From Catajapyx aquilonaris (Eukaryota): DNA of 38,062 nt. The stretch covers positions 1-38,062 of the forward strand of contig KZ538979.1 in NCBI GenBank assembly GCA_000934665.2. Direction: 5' to 3'. Within the stretch, counting starts at the first letter, position 1. Every line of letters begins with the position of its first letter. The notes beneath the pieces were generated by a model. That model was not told the origin of the DNA, searched no databases, and saw only the letters and a list, made by a program, of their open reading frames with translations. This document shows, piece after piece, positions 12,061-24,000 of the stretch. The position numbers and the translations under genes were made by a program.

Positions 12061-12835
12061 GTCCGCTACGTATAGTAAATTACATCAGACTTGTAATAGC
12101 CGCACTAGAGACAAGCCCAGCTGTGCTAGACCTCGAAAAATGCAAAATGAGATATTTCAAGCCACTCCATTTCTCCCGTCCAATATAACCAGCATGAAAA
12201 GTGTGAGTCCATAGAAACCAATACGGCACGGACATGGCCTCTCCCATAAAGAACTGTCGTCGGTCTCTCTCTGGCCTGGGAAGAAAATCCGGGGGAAGGT
12301 GGGTGGGGATATTAGTCTCCTCCTGAGGGGTGGGGGGAGAGAAAGTGTTAGATTCCTTCATAACCCGGACATGGCCACGTCACTTAATTTGTCAGCCGCC
12401 ACATGAAACCGCTGTTATACCGGAACCACACAAAAAAATTTGTGGAGCGTTGGAAACAAGTGGAAAAAAATATATATAAAAAAGTGAAAACGTCATCAAG
12501 TGTTCGCGATTTTCTGTGATGAGAAAATGGAGGCAGTTCATCTCTGCTCGCTTGCAGGTGGCGATCCTCCTGTCGACCATCACATGCCTTATACCCTTTT
12601 TTTCCCCCCTCTTTCTTATATTCGACTCCGTCTTTTTTTTTTTTTGCTCGAAAAAAAAAATTGGCAGAGAGAGAGAGTCCGGAGCATTTGGAGCACGACA
12701 GGGGAGTGTTTGAAACCTGAATAAAGTGCGTTTGTTTGCGCACTTTTGTCCAAGGCAAACTCTCTGCCTGGCTGCTAAAATTTTGCACATTCTTCCAAAC
12801 AGATACTGGCAGCTCTACCTTCCTCGCAGCTGTGC

Positions 12836-12889
12836 NNNNNNNNNNNNNNNNNNNNNNNNNNNNNNNNNNNNNNNNNNNNNNNNNNNNNN
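12836..12889. other. Assembly gap (54 N) next to a poly-G run
   Basis: N run followed directly by G10. Single Ns also occur at 26512 and 34789. Confidence 0.99.
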
Positions 12890-13789
12890 GGGGGGGGGGA
12901 AAGAAAGAAGAGGAAGTGCATCGATATTGGAAAGTCTAACTGCGGCTTGGGGAAAGGGAGGCGACACTTTTCCATCTCAAAACTTGTGTGGGGTAAAACT
13001 TTATAAAATTGAATCTGTGTCTGACACTGGTAGCTACCTGAAGGTTTATTGAGCCGAACATTATCAGTGCGAATTTTTTTGTTAAAAAATGGTTACGTGT
13101 TGTCAACACAAACTGAATTGCCAGATAAACCTCAGCAAAACCCTCAATTTCAGAGCTGGACTTTCTCTGGCTGTATTTAAGTCGAATCCTGGTCTGGAGA
13201 AATTCAGTTGGGAAAAAAAGATTCCCGAGGGAATAACACGGGAACACACACACACACAAGGCAAGAGAAGTAGGGGGTGTTGCAATGGGGAGGGGGTGTT
13301 GGAAGCGGAAAAAAAGAGAAGTTCAATTTAGGGAAGGACTTCTAATCTAAGCTTTTTCTTCTCCCTTAGGAGGCGGGGAAAAGAGAAAGAGAGAGCCAAG
13401 GAGGCTGAATCTTTTGGATACGCCGGGTAATGGAACTCGGGGCTGTGAAGTATACTCTCTGCCAAAGCCCTGTCCCCATCCGAATTGCTCCATTTGGGAC
13501 ACACAAAAAAACGGTTATTTTTTCCCCCCTCAGCGAAACGGGTTCAATACTGATACAAAGCTAAGAATAAATTACAGAACCCCAAGAGAGCCTGAGATAT
13601 AATTGGAAAAAATAAAAACAGCTGAGAGAAAGGTAATTGGATAAAACGTGTATTAGGCTTGAAACATACAGTACATAAGGAAGGTGTGCAGTTGAAATGT
13701 TGGTTCTAAGGTTTCTCCAACTCTGTCCTGACTTCTTGGGGGGTGGAAGGCAGGGAATGGGGGGGATAAGCTCAGGGATAATGAAACAA

Positions 13790-13940
13790 GGTGCACGGAA
13801 TTAATCTGACGAAGACAGAAGGCAGGAATGCGCTGGAGGATGACAGCTGTTGTCTCACTTTGCAGGGGGAAAAGGAGGTTGCCTTGGTTGGTTAGTCTGT
13901 TGCTTTGTCGGTTTGCAGGGTGGCTGCTTTTCTGCTTAAG
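13790..13940 (-). mobile_element. Possible decayed LINE ORF2 C-terminal remnant
   Basis: Frameshifted minus-strand translation ...RLTNQGNLLF/PCKVRQQLSSSSAFLPSVFVRLI loosely resembles the 'RT....SF.P...RL.N' terminus of LINE ORF2. Weak match. Confidence 0.25.
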
Positions 13941-16900
13941 CCTACTGGGCCTCTTAGATCTCTGATTACACACCTATTCAAGACATTCCAGCCAACAAAT
14001 GCTGGGAAGGTTAAAATTTCATTATGTGCATCCGGGCATGAGGAAAACTTTTGTCTGGAGGCTCTGAAAATGTCAACATCGCTTCTCTGTCTTTTCTTTG
14101 AAGATCATAGAACGACGAGAGAGAGGACACGCAATTAAAGATCACACGGAATAATTCAAAACATGCGGCTGTGGTTGTTGCATCATGCGATTCGTGGTCG
14201 TGAAACAATGAAACAGCTTCCCAGAATATAGGTCCCGTGCAAAGAGGCACATTTGATCGCCATAAAAGTGTGAGATGTTGGAGGGGGAAAAAAAGGGGGG
14301 TCAGGATCTTGGAACAGGGTCAAAGTGTTGGGAAAAGAGGGTCGCAAATTCTGGGGAGAAGAGGGGTCAGCAACCCAACACCCTTCCAGCCCTTCTCTCG
14401 TGAGTTCGTGATGAGAAACGGGCGGGTCTTTCGTACGGAGAGGTTCCCGGAGATTTGCAGCCGGGAACAAGAGAAGGACAGAATTGACTCCGGCGGCGCC
14501 CCTTTGAAATGGGGCCAAGAAAAAAGTGAGGGACTCTAGATCTCTCCCAAGGTGCAGTGCGTGGGGGGTGAAGAGAAGGATATTTCACACCCCCCTGTCC
14601 ACTCATATGTAGCTCCAAAAAATTTCTTCTTGTGCTACGACATACTGGACACTCTGATTTCCCCTTTTTTGCAAGTTTATATATGTGGACGTCCAAAGGG
14701 AAGCAGAAAAAATACATTAAAAAAAACTCCTGTGATGAAACTTGTCTAAATAAATGTTCGTTTCCGAATTTTAAATTTTTTAAATCAAGTGTACGTGCTG
14801 CGTGTAAAGGCGGTCCCATACACAGAGGCTATAATTACCCAGATATTTCATTACAGTTAATAACAATATTGATTAATAATGGTCGTTACTAATTAATTAT
14901 AATTATTAACAATTAAGACTGGAATGTGGTGTATTCACATTTCCCTCGCATTTATTTACATTCAGCAATTATATTTTTTCATTAACAATCCATTGTCATT
15001 TAGCGATTAATTATCAGCAATGAAAAATAATTGCTTGTTAATAAATTAGCGCGCTTATATTACATTGCCCACATTTGTTATTAGTATTCATTAATAGCTA
15101 TTAATTTTGTTGATTTAGGTCTAATATTAAGGTTTCTAACAAATACTTTATTACTAGACACACTAATTAATTTAGAATATTTTGCATATTTTTTATTCGC
15201 ATATTTTCCACGCACGTTCTGTTATTTTTTAGGGATTTATTTTTCATGAGTTGACATGAGGACCCGCTGAAATCACATTTTTGTGAACATCCCACGCCAG
15301 TTTTGCGTTATTGTGCGAATATTCGCCACAAGTTTTCGCCATGTGTAAAACCAGATCTCATCAAATCGCCATTTGGGGGGAAATTGATTGTACAGAATTT
15401 GGACCTGAGAAGGAAGCCGCACTCATTTGGCATGACAGCTGCAGATATCCACATGTGCTGCTAATAATTCTCTCTCGCTCTCTGTATATGGATTTTATGG
15501 CCTGCATAATCCGCGAATATTGTTTCCCCCTATCCACATGGAATGTTCCATAAGGCCCTTTCTCCTCCCTTCAATTAACACGATATCAAACGGGTTAACT
15601 TCTCTCTTTTTTTCCTATCTAAAAAGTTTTGAACCGCGGAGTTTTTAATTGATTCCGACGCTTACACACACCGTTCACTTCGGGATGAAACCCTGGCACC
15701 TGCTCGGTTTGGAATTATTACATCCCAGTAGGGGTTTCATTACCGCGCTCGTTCGTGTTATGTTATGCAAACACGACCAAGCCCAAATGAATTTGACCTC
15801 CGTTGCGATAAATTGGCAGCCGCTTAGAGGCTGGAAAAGGATCGATATTCTAAACAAGGTGATTGGGAATCCGTCCGGATATAATCGGAAACATTCTAAT
15901 CCGAAAAGGCAATCGCCATCTCCCCTAATCGATGATGATCTACCCGGTTGCCAATTTCAACTAGTGACAAACCGATTTGGGACCAAATGATGCTGAACAC
16001 AAGACTTTAAAATCAAACGAATTGGGCTAGTGAATTTACAAGCACTGCTTATTAATAAAAATTGAAGCATTTTTCGCAAAAAAAAAACAACATAACTTAT
16101 GCCAATAAAATTGAACTTTCCAGGAGACACAAACTACTAGTCAAAATATATTTTTCACAGATAATAAAAATAGTGTGTTATGGACACATTGATGTGACAT
16201 ATGACATGAAGGGAGCAGTAATTCTGGAAAAAGGCTACAACTTTTTAAATAAATGATCAATTAATTTTTCTGGGTGTTCTATCCCAAATATTCTTATGCT
16301 CTGTGCAAAAGCTGTGTGAATGTGCCTTTTGCAACAGTCTATCCAAATATTACGATTTCAGTTCTATAAATCAAACATGTGCATAATAAAACCATTGACC
16401 CGGTAGGGGGGGGGGAGGTGAACTCGGAAAGAGTTTACCCGATCTCATTAGAGTGGATATGGCAGTGTACTACATGGCTTTATCGGGAAATAAACTTGGC
16501 TCAAACTAGATCCGCCAGCGAAGCAGCCAAGCAAACTGGAAATTGGGATGCAGAAGTGATGTTGCGATGTAAAGTCCGTTCATCCAAGGCACGTACCCTT
16601 TTGCAGAAGTGGGAATAGATGGTGTGTGTGTGTATATATAATTTTTTTTGGAGGCTCCAAAATTGGGCAGAGGGTTGGGCCTAAGCTTCCTAATCCTAAC
16701 TCAACTCACCCATGCATTCCATACATCATATGTTGCGCCTGTGCCAGTAAGCAAAATCGATCCATTGAAACTGTGGCCGCTGCGTGTTAAAATTGCTTCC
16801 CTGGCAGAGTTTACGCCCCTTCAAACCGACCACCAAAAAACTGCTGTACCGGAAACAAAAAGCAGAATCTTTTTTTGTCACCCCCTCTCATCCATTATGT

Positions 16901-18637
16901 CCTGGACAAAAAAGTGCTTATTTTTTTAAAAAAACCTGAAAAACACTGTGGGTGATTAGCGATATGTGTGTTTATTCCACGGTTTTACAAATGCGGATGT
17001 CATTTGTTAGGATCTGAATGGCGATTACTTATTCAGTGCTCAGAATGGCCACTTCGGAAGAGGGGGGGAGGGGGTGTAGGATTCGGACTGAAATTGCGAC
17101 AAAACGTGAATCATGTCCCATGCGGACGTTTTGATAAATTGCGACACGGGGGGGAAAAAAGTAGGGGGAAAAGCGAGGACGTGGTGGAATAACTTACATA
17201 CAAGAGAGCTTACAAGGCGCAATCATTTTTCACGGGCTAAACCCTGGGTGGCTTAAGCCAACCGGAAAGAAAGTGAAAAAAAAAGTTAATGCATAACTCC
17301 ATGGAGGTAGTGCATCTGCTGGTCAGACTAGCAGAAAAATTGCGACAGCTCAGACGTGGCTATTAAAGAGAATGTTAGCTCACGCACTCGAGTTTGAACT
17401 CAGAGAAAGAAAAAAAAATTCAGTGCTACACTTGGAAAGAAAAGTCCGGTGCATCGAGCAGGTATGATGAAAAAAAAAATACATTAAGCTAGATTTAAAT
17501 TTCGTTACATGTAACGAGACGAACTGCTGGATATAAACCACGCATTACAGCTCAGGCTTGCGGTATTTAAATATTTTCTAGAATCGTCAAAAATTTTACC
17601 AACCCTTTATTTCAACTTCAGCTTGAAGGGAGCAAAATTAAATATGTCCAGGGAACGTGCTTCAACCCCCTCCCCCCCCATTTGAAAAGTCCGGTTTGTA
17701 CAAATTATTTCCCTATGTCCATCCTACCGCAAGTGAGACTGAAAAAAATAGAGCAAGCAGTATACATATCCAAAAAATTCGCTCATAAAACTCAGGTAAC
17801 CTACAGTAACTGACAGAACGCTCTGCTGCACTGCATCAAAGCCTCACTTCTCTCAGCGCCTCTCTCTCTCTCTCTCTCTCTTGCTCTTCATCGATTCCAG
17901 ACCTACCATCATACCCCACCCAACCTTTAGGAGAGAGAGAGAGAGAGAAAAAAAAAGAGCTGGAATCGACAACTAAAACTCCGCCAGACATATTGATCTG
18001 CAAAAAATATATAAACCCCCATGGGATCAAGCAAGAATCCCAGAGGTGCATGATAAACATGTTTTGCAGCATCCAGTTTTTTTTTTTTTTTTGAAGCGTG
18101 TGTTGTGTGCATGAAGTTTTTCTTTTCGACAATAGCTGTAATCACATGGTATGTTGGGTGTAAATGTAGGGTGTTTGCTATATATAAAAAAAGACAAACT
18201 TTTTGCCGCCAGACTCTCCTGACAGCTGTTGAACGGCCGCTGTCATGTTCTCCCAATTCGGGATGGAGCTCCACCCAGAATTTATCTGGGAGACGTATCC
18301 CCGAACTCATAATTTGGTCCGACAGGTGGATCAGTAGCTTGGCAAAGTTGGGGCGACAAAAAGCGACAAACTCTGCCTGGGGATAGTAGTGTGGTGGAAA
18401 AAAAAATCGCTTTAGATTTGTCACTGCTACTCAAAAATTCACGGTCACTGATAAAATGCTAATTTCAACAACAGTAGCCGAAAATAGCATTCACCGCTAC
18501 TAATAAACACTATCTAACAGCAGTAGCAGTGGTGACGGTGAGCCTAAAATTACATTCACTGCTACCTGTAAATGGTGTTTTAAATAGCAATATACGTAAT
18601 GACGAGGAGCCGAAAATATCACTCACTGCTACTAATA

Positions 18638-18891
18638 CAGGGTGGACCAACTTCAAGTGTCGTTTTATAACGGCTCTTAATAGAAGCGCTTTACGATTGA
18701 CGTAGCAGCGACGTGTGAAATGGCCCACTTCGGCGCCATCGAAAATATTAGCTGCCAATTGGCTGCGCAATTGGCAGCTAATATTTTCGATGGCGGCGAA
18801 GTGGGACATTTTACACGTCTCTGCTACGTCATCGCAAAATCACTGATATTAATCGCCGTTATAAAACGACACTTGAAGTTGGTCCACCCTG
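18638..18891. mobile_element. Fully palindromic Tc1/mariner-type MITE, 254 bp, TA TSD
   Basis: TA|CAGGGTGGACCAACTTCAAGTGTCGTTTTATAACGGC...GCCGTTATAAAACGACACTTGAAGTTGGTCCACCCTG|TA. The empty paralogous monomer at 19231-19260 confirms the 2-bp duplication. Confidence 0.95.
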
Positions 18892-19325
18892 TATATGATA
18901 TTTTGAATATCAGTAGCAGTAAAAACGGTTGGCTGAAAATACCATTCACCGTTAAGTATAAGCGCTATTTTGAATATCAGTACCAGCAGAGTAGCAGAGG
19001 TTATTGTGCGCCGAAAAATATGATTCACTGCTACCAATATACGCTATTTTGAGTAGCAATATCAGTATTAACGAGGCGAAAATGGGCAAATGGCACTCTC
19101 TGCTACTGATAAACGCTGTCTAATTAGCAGTAGCAGTGGCGCAGGTGAGCCAAACATAGCATTCAATGCTACCTATAAATTCTGTTTTGGTTAACAATAG
19201 AAGTAATAACGAAGAGCCGAAAATAGCACTCACTGCTACTGATATATGATATTTTGAATATCAGTAGCAGTGAAAACGGTTGGATGAGAATAGCATTCAC
19301 CGTTACGTATAAGCACTATTTTATA

Positions 19326-19532
19326 CAGGGTAGACCAACTTCAAGTGTTGTTTTATAACGGCGATTAATAGCAGTGATTTTGCCATGACGTAGCAGCGAC
19401 GAGTAAAATGTCCCACTTCGGCTAAGCTTCGGCGCCATCGAAGTGGGCCATTTTACAAGTCGCGGCTACGTCAATCTAAAGCGCTTCTATTAATAGCCGT
19501 TATAAAGCGACACTTGAAGTTGGTCCAACCAG
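19326..19532. mobile_element. Second copy of the same MITE, opposite orientation, centre deleted (207 bp)
   Basis: TA|CAGGGTAGACCAACTTCAAGTG...CACTTGAAGTTGGTCCAACCAG. The asymmetric internal segments appear in reverse order relative to 18638-18891. Confidence 0.9.
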
Positions 19533-20953
19533 CATATATGAAGCAGTGGTGACTGTTAGCCGAAAAGAGCCTTCACTGCTATACCTTTGAACGCTTTTTG
19601 AGTAGCAGTATCCGTATTAACGAGTCGAAAATAGCACTCACTGCAACTGATAAGCGCTATTTTTGAATAGCAGTAGCAGTGATAACTGTGAGCCTCTCTC
19701 TTCCTGTTTTTTTCCACCAAATTTTTTTTCTTGCTTTCTCGTGAAAAAAATTTCCTCTTGGACTGACTCCAACATCGGGTCCGTTTTGATGTATGACGTC
19801 ACTCAGTTCCACTCTTTGCACACCGGGTTTAATGTCCGTCAAGTGTCACAGGTCGTCACACCTAAGACTCGTTCCTCATTCCTCTTGTTCCTGTCCAATG
19901 TTTCCACGCCTGGTAATTACAGGACCGGTGTCCTGACACGGTTTCTGGCAATTATCCCAGTGCAGGAAATAAATCCACCCCCCCCCCTCTCCCACCCACC
20001 TACAGCTACCCCCCTCTCCCAACTCGTAAATGCCAGCCGGAAAATGAGCTAGCCGCCTAATCCCTATTTAGATTCGGTTTCACATTCCATAAAACCCATA
20101 CATTCGTGCTGCAAATAAACTCTTGGAGCCCATAAGTTGTTACTCCTGGGGACATGCGACGGTCCGACGAGGTAGTGAAAGTGATTTATTATAATTTTAG
20201 ATGTCATGCTATACTGCATGTAACTTAAGTCGGGCTTAACCCTTAAGGCGGGGTTATATATGGAAGCGGTTTCTTCGCAACTCCTGAGGGTGGACAGTTT
20301 CTGGCTCGAAATTATATGTCGCCGATGAAAAATACAATTTCCTCGGACACGGTTGCAAGTCTCCATTCTCGCATTGATAAGGCTGCATGTAAGCCGGCCA
20401 CGATCCGGAGCCCCAATTACGGAGGCCCTCCGGAAAAGCAAAAGCCTGTCTGCTAATGAAGTAATTCCCGCGCACCGAGTCCGCAGCCTTTTCTTGCCCG
20501 CCAACGCAATGAATCCGTGCAGAAAACGGGAAGGGGGGCGTGGGTGGGGGAGGAAAAGGCAAAGTCTGAAAACACGTCCAGTCCTGCTCCGGAATTATCC
20601 TCACATCCAAGCAATAATCCGGGGGAAAACCATTCACCCGGAAAAGACGTGCCATCTAGGGTCCTCAGTTCTTTTTTTTTGGGAGGGTGAAGCGGCGGAC
20701 CAATTGTCGCCAATCACGCTATTTTGTTGCTGATTAACTACTTTTCATCCGGGCAGCGGCGGAGTAAATCCCGGATAATTTGTCCTCTAAGGTTATAAGT
20801 GCATTAAGACGGGACCCAAGTGACCGCCGACCTCCGGAGGATCACCGGAATTTCAATGCAGAAAGATGGATCGATCGGGATTTTTTTTTGAGGTGGAAGG
20901 AAATTACGTTTTTTTTTCCCCTCGATAAAAAAAATAAGATTAGACGAACTAAC

Positions 20954-21063
20954 CTGTGGGCATGTAAATTCCGTAGTCGGTGTTGATGTACTGGGACGTG
21001 ACCCCGGTGGTGCACAGGAGGAGCGAAAGGCACTGACCCAATAGCACGGCTTTCCATGTTGAC
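20954..21063 (-). CDS. SLC35F2: SLC35F1/F2-family transporter, internal coding exon (TM1 region), 110 bp
   Basis: Minus strand reads tctctttatcttttcAG|G TCA ACA TGG...CCC ACA G|GTtagt. Translation STWKAVLLGQCLSLLLCTTGVTSQYINTDYGIYMPT matches the SLC35F1/F2 'LGQxLSLxxCxTxxTSQY' motif. The phase-1 end joins the exon starting at 2690 in frame. This frame is absent from the ORF track. F1 versus F2 cannot be resolved from the sequence. Confidence 0.93.
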
Positions 21064-24000
21064 CTGAAAAGATAAAGAGAGGTCAATCAGCATTAGTTAA
21101 TTTTTTGGGGTATCGAAAAGGCATCCTGGCAACACAGCTAATATAAATATGTACACAATGTTTTATGGTCAATATGAAGGGTAAATCGAGCATTTTTTGG
21201 GGGGTCGGCCATGGAATGCCCCAAAACGGCAATTAAAATGCTCCGAGGGAGTAAATATTTGCTGCGTATTTTCCATAGTATGCGTAAATAAAACAAGAGG
21301 CTTGATAACGATTTGCAAAGCATTGGACAGGGTTAATGACTCATTTATGAATGATGCTGTACTCAAGATAAGACATGTAGTCAACAATTTGGTCAATCCA
21401 TACTATTTAGAACAATAAACAAACTTCTCGTTATGAATTTGATAAATTATTGTTGACAAATCCCTTTTTGTAAGAAGGAAACTGACCATTTGTCACTGGA
21501 GGTGTTTCCAGTAAGCGAATCCGTCGAGTAAGCCTCCGTCATCTGGATGCTTTCACCTTCCATCATGAACACTAGTCTGCATCCACGTAACTGAAGACTT
21601 TATCGAACAGCTGGTGGACATTACCCTCATCCAACAAATGTCATTATCAGGATGATAAATTCCGTAGACGTCGCCCTTGACTCAGCATCATCTGTTCTCA
21701 TGACCTCGCACACATATCTTGTGTGTTGTGAGTCCGATAATGCTAAGAGGGCCTTCGCCTCTTCAGACTTCGACCAACCAAAGAGTGTTTGGTCCTCTTT
21801 CAAAAAACGCCACCGACCCTGTTTTTATACCAGAGTGGTCCAAATGGCACTGGAGGGTTCTGCAAACAACACACTTTTTTTTGTCTTCCTTCCAATATCT
21901 TTTTACAAGTCAAATACTGGTGCTTCACTATACGATATAACAGAAGATATTAGTGTCGGATAATACAGTTTTGTAGACAATGTACAGTCAACATGCCCAA
22001 CACACAAAGAGAGCTGGGATATTAGCCCGGCGACTGTTTATTACAAACCCGTTTCTGTAGCAGAATCATACAGCTGCGACACTTCAGGCTCCCAGCTTTT
22101 ACTGTGAAATAACAACCATTTGGAGGTCCCCCGCATTTTGCCGCCTGTGCAGGTTACGTCTCCCGCAGAATAAACCGCAACCCTCCCTCATAAAAACCGA
22201 CCGTAAAGCATAGGTGCAGCCTATCACCTGCTCCGATCAACCGAACATTTTATACCAGGTCAATTACTCCCCGAGTGCTGTAATGTGCGGCTAAACAGGT
22301 CGTCACCAGGCTGTAAATCTGACACCAATGTTAAGCTAACCTCTCTCTCTCTCTCTCGTCTCTTTCTCTTTTGGCAACCAGGGTTTTGCCTCCCAATAAT
22401 CGCGACAAAAATAAGCCTGCGAAACTGAGCGACGTGCTTAACAAGTTTGAAGCTCTTGTTGTAATGGCCGCTTGCAAAAGCCGGTCCCCGGGTGAGCGTA
22501 TAATACGTAGTTTTCCTTTTACTAAAAAGAGGGGGTAGGGTACCTCAATTGCACAAAGTTGGAGGGGAGGCTTTTCCATCGGAATGCTTGTGGCCGAATT
22601 TTGCCTCAGCCCCAGCAGCAGCCCCTCTAGTACTAACTCTGTTGGAGATAAAAGGACGGCCCTCTCTCTCTCTCTCTCTGAGCGTGTTCTAAGCATGGCA
22701 TGATCAAGAGGAGATTCGCAGAACCCGCAGGTCAAGCTGCAAACAAAAATGTGAGCAACAGGTGCGATCAAAAGGACCAAACAACTGTCAAATTTATTCC
22801 AGCGTATTTAGCAAACAAGAAGCATCAGGAGAAAACGACTTAGGACTTATCAATATCTGGCACGTAGTAGTTTCCAGATCCTATAAAATCCTCACCCAAT
22901 CCCCTTCCAAAATCTCTGCGGAATCTCTCAGTTCTCAAAACTTCTATAGAAAGGAACCTTTAACCCGGTCCAATTTTCGGAAGCATTATATTCATCCCTC
23001 CCATCTGGTTCAATTTCCTGTCATAATTGAATACTCCAGCAATATTTGCCAAAATCTCCCGAGTTTCAATCAATTTTCGTGTACTCAAGCCTGCTTTTCC
23101 TTATCATTTCCCATGCATATTACAGAGATGCAGTTATAATTGAACAGAGAAGATTGACTTCTGAATTAATAGTAACGAGGTTTTTATTTGTCTCCGCCTG
23201 AAATAAATATGACAACGGCAGGAGATGAACCGTCCATGCTTATACAAGCAGTATTTAATTATTCAAAGCCAACTTGCTTCAGAAACAGCGCAGAAATATT
23301 TTCTCATATATATTTTACATGTTGCAATTATTTCTGTAAGTTCAAGTACATCAGAAACTGCAAAAAGCCCTTCGGAACTTCCCCATTTGTGTGGTTCGCG
23401 GTGCGCGAAACCTCCGGACACATGTGTGACCAAAATCCTTACTTTGCTTTTAATTGACCGTTCCTTATTTGAGCAGATGGAAAAGAGCCCACACAGCGTT
23501 CAGCTAAAAAGCAAGGAAGCTTTATAAGCCTCTCTCTCTCCAACCATTCAATCCGCGAGCCCAGAGACATGGGGGCTCCAAGAGAAGGGATTTTGCGAGT
23601 GAGAGAGGGAGAGAGGGAGAGTTTTTGCCCCCCAAAAAAGCAGGGTGAACACCAACCTCTGTACTCAGAGCACTTTGACAGGCTTTTTGGTCTCTCTCTC
23701 GCTCTCTCTCGACTCCCAGGACTTTTACATGAATGCTGAAAAGTGTTGGGTCTGGGCTGGCAAGGAATTAGCCACACTCGGCAAGCCTCAAACAAACGGC
23801 AAAGTCTGCAGCCTAGGATGATGAATAACCAAGACCTTTCGCGCCCCCTCCCTTTTCCTTCCTTGCCAAAAGCTCCGGCTCCACACTCTCAGCAAGCACT
23901 GTGGCACACCCCAGAGTATGCAACATGAAACCACGGATTCAAATTATTTTCGCAAACTAGTCATAAAGGCCCATTACAACTATATTTTGTGCAAAAAAAT

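Larger units (their letters stand above)
18422..19694. repeat. Tandem array of about 66-bp hairpin monomers with a 5-monomer higher-order repeat
   Basis: Twelve monomers start near 18422, 18492, 18557, 18624, 18947, 19026, 19098, 19164, 19231, 19298, 19574 and 19639. Consensus is roughly CACTGCTACTGATAAGCGCTATTTTGAATAKCAGTAGCAGTG...AGCCGAAAATAGCAYT. Confidence 0.9.
2691..20953 (-). other. GT-AG intron of the SLC35F gene (about 18.3 kb, phase 1; contains an assembly gap)
   Basis: GTTAGT donor at 20953 and TTTCAG acceptor at 2691. The flanking exons join as ...MPT-A-QNF... with no missing conserved segment. Confidence 0.85.

Noticed and set aside
18422..19694. CRISPR-like array of palindromic repeats
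   Set aside because: The intervening sequences are homologous to one another rather than unique spacers, the repeats are degenerate, there are no cas genes, and the context is a spliceosomal intron.
641..20953. Minor (U12) spliceosome introns
   Set aside because: The donors are GTGAGT, GTTGGT and GTTAGT, not RTATCCTT.
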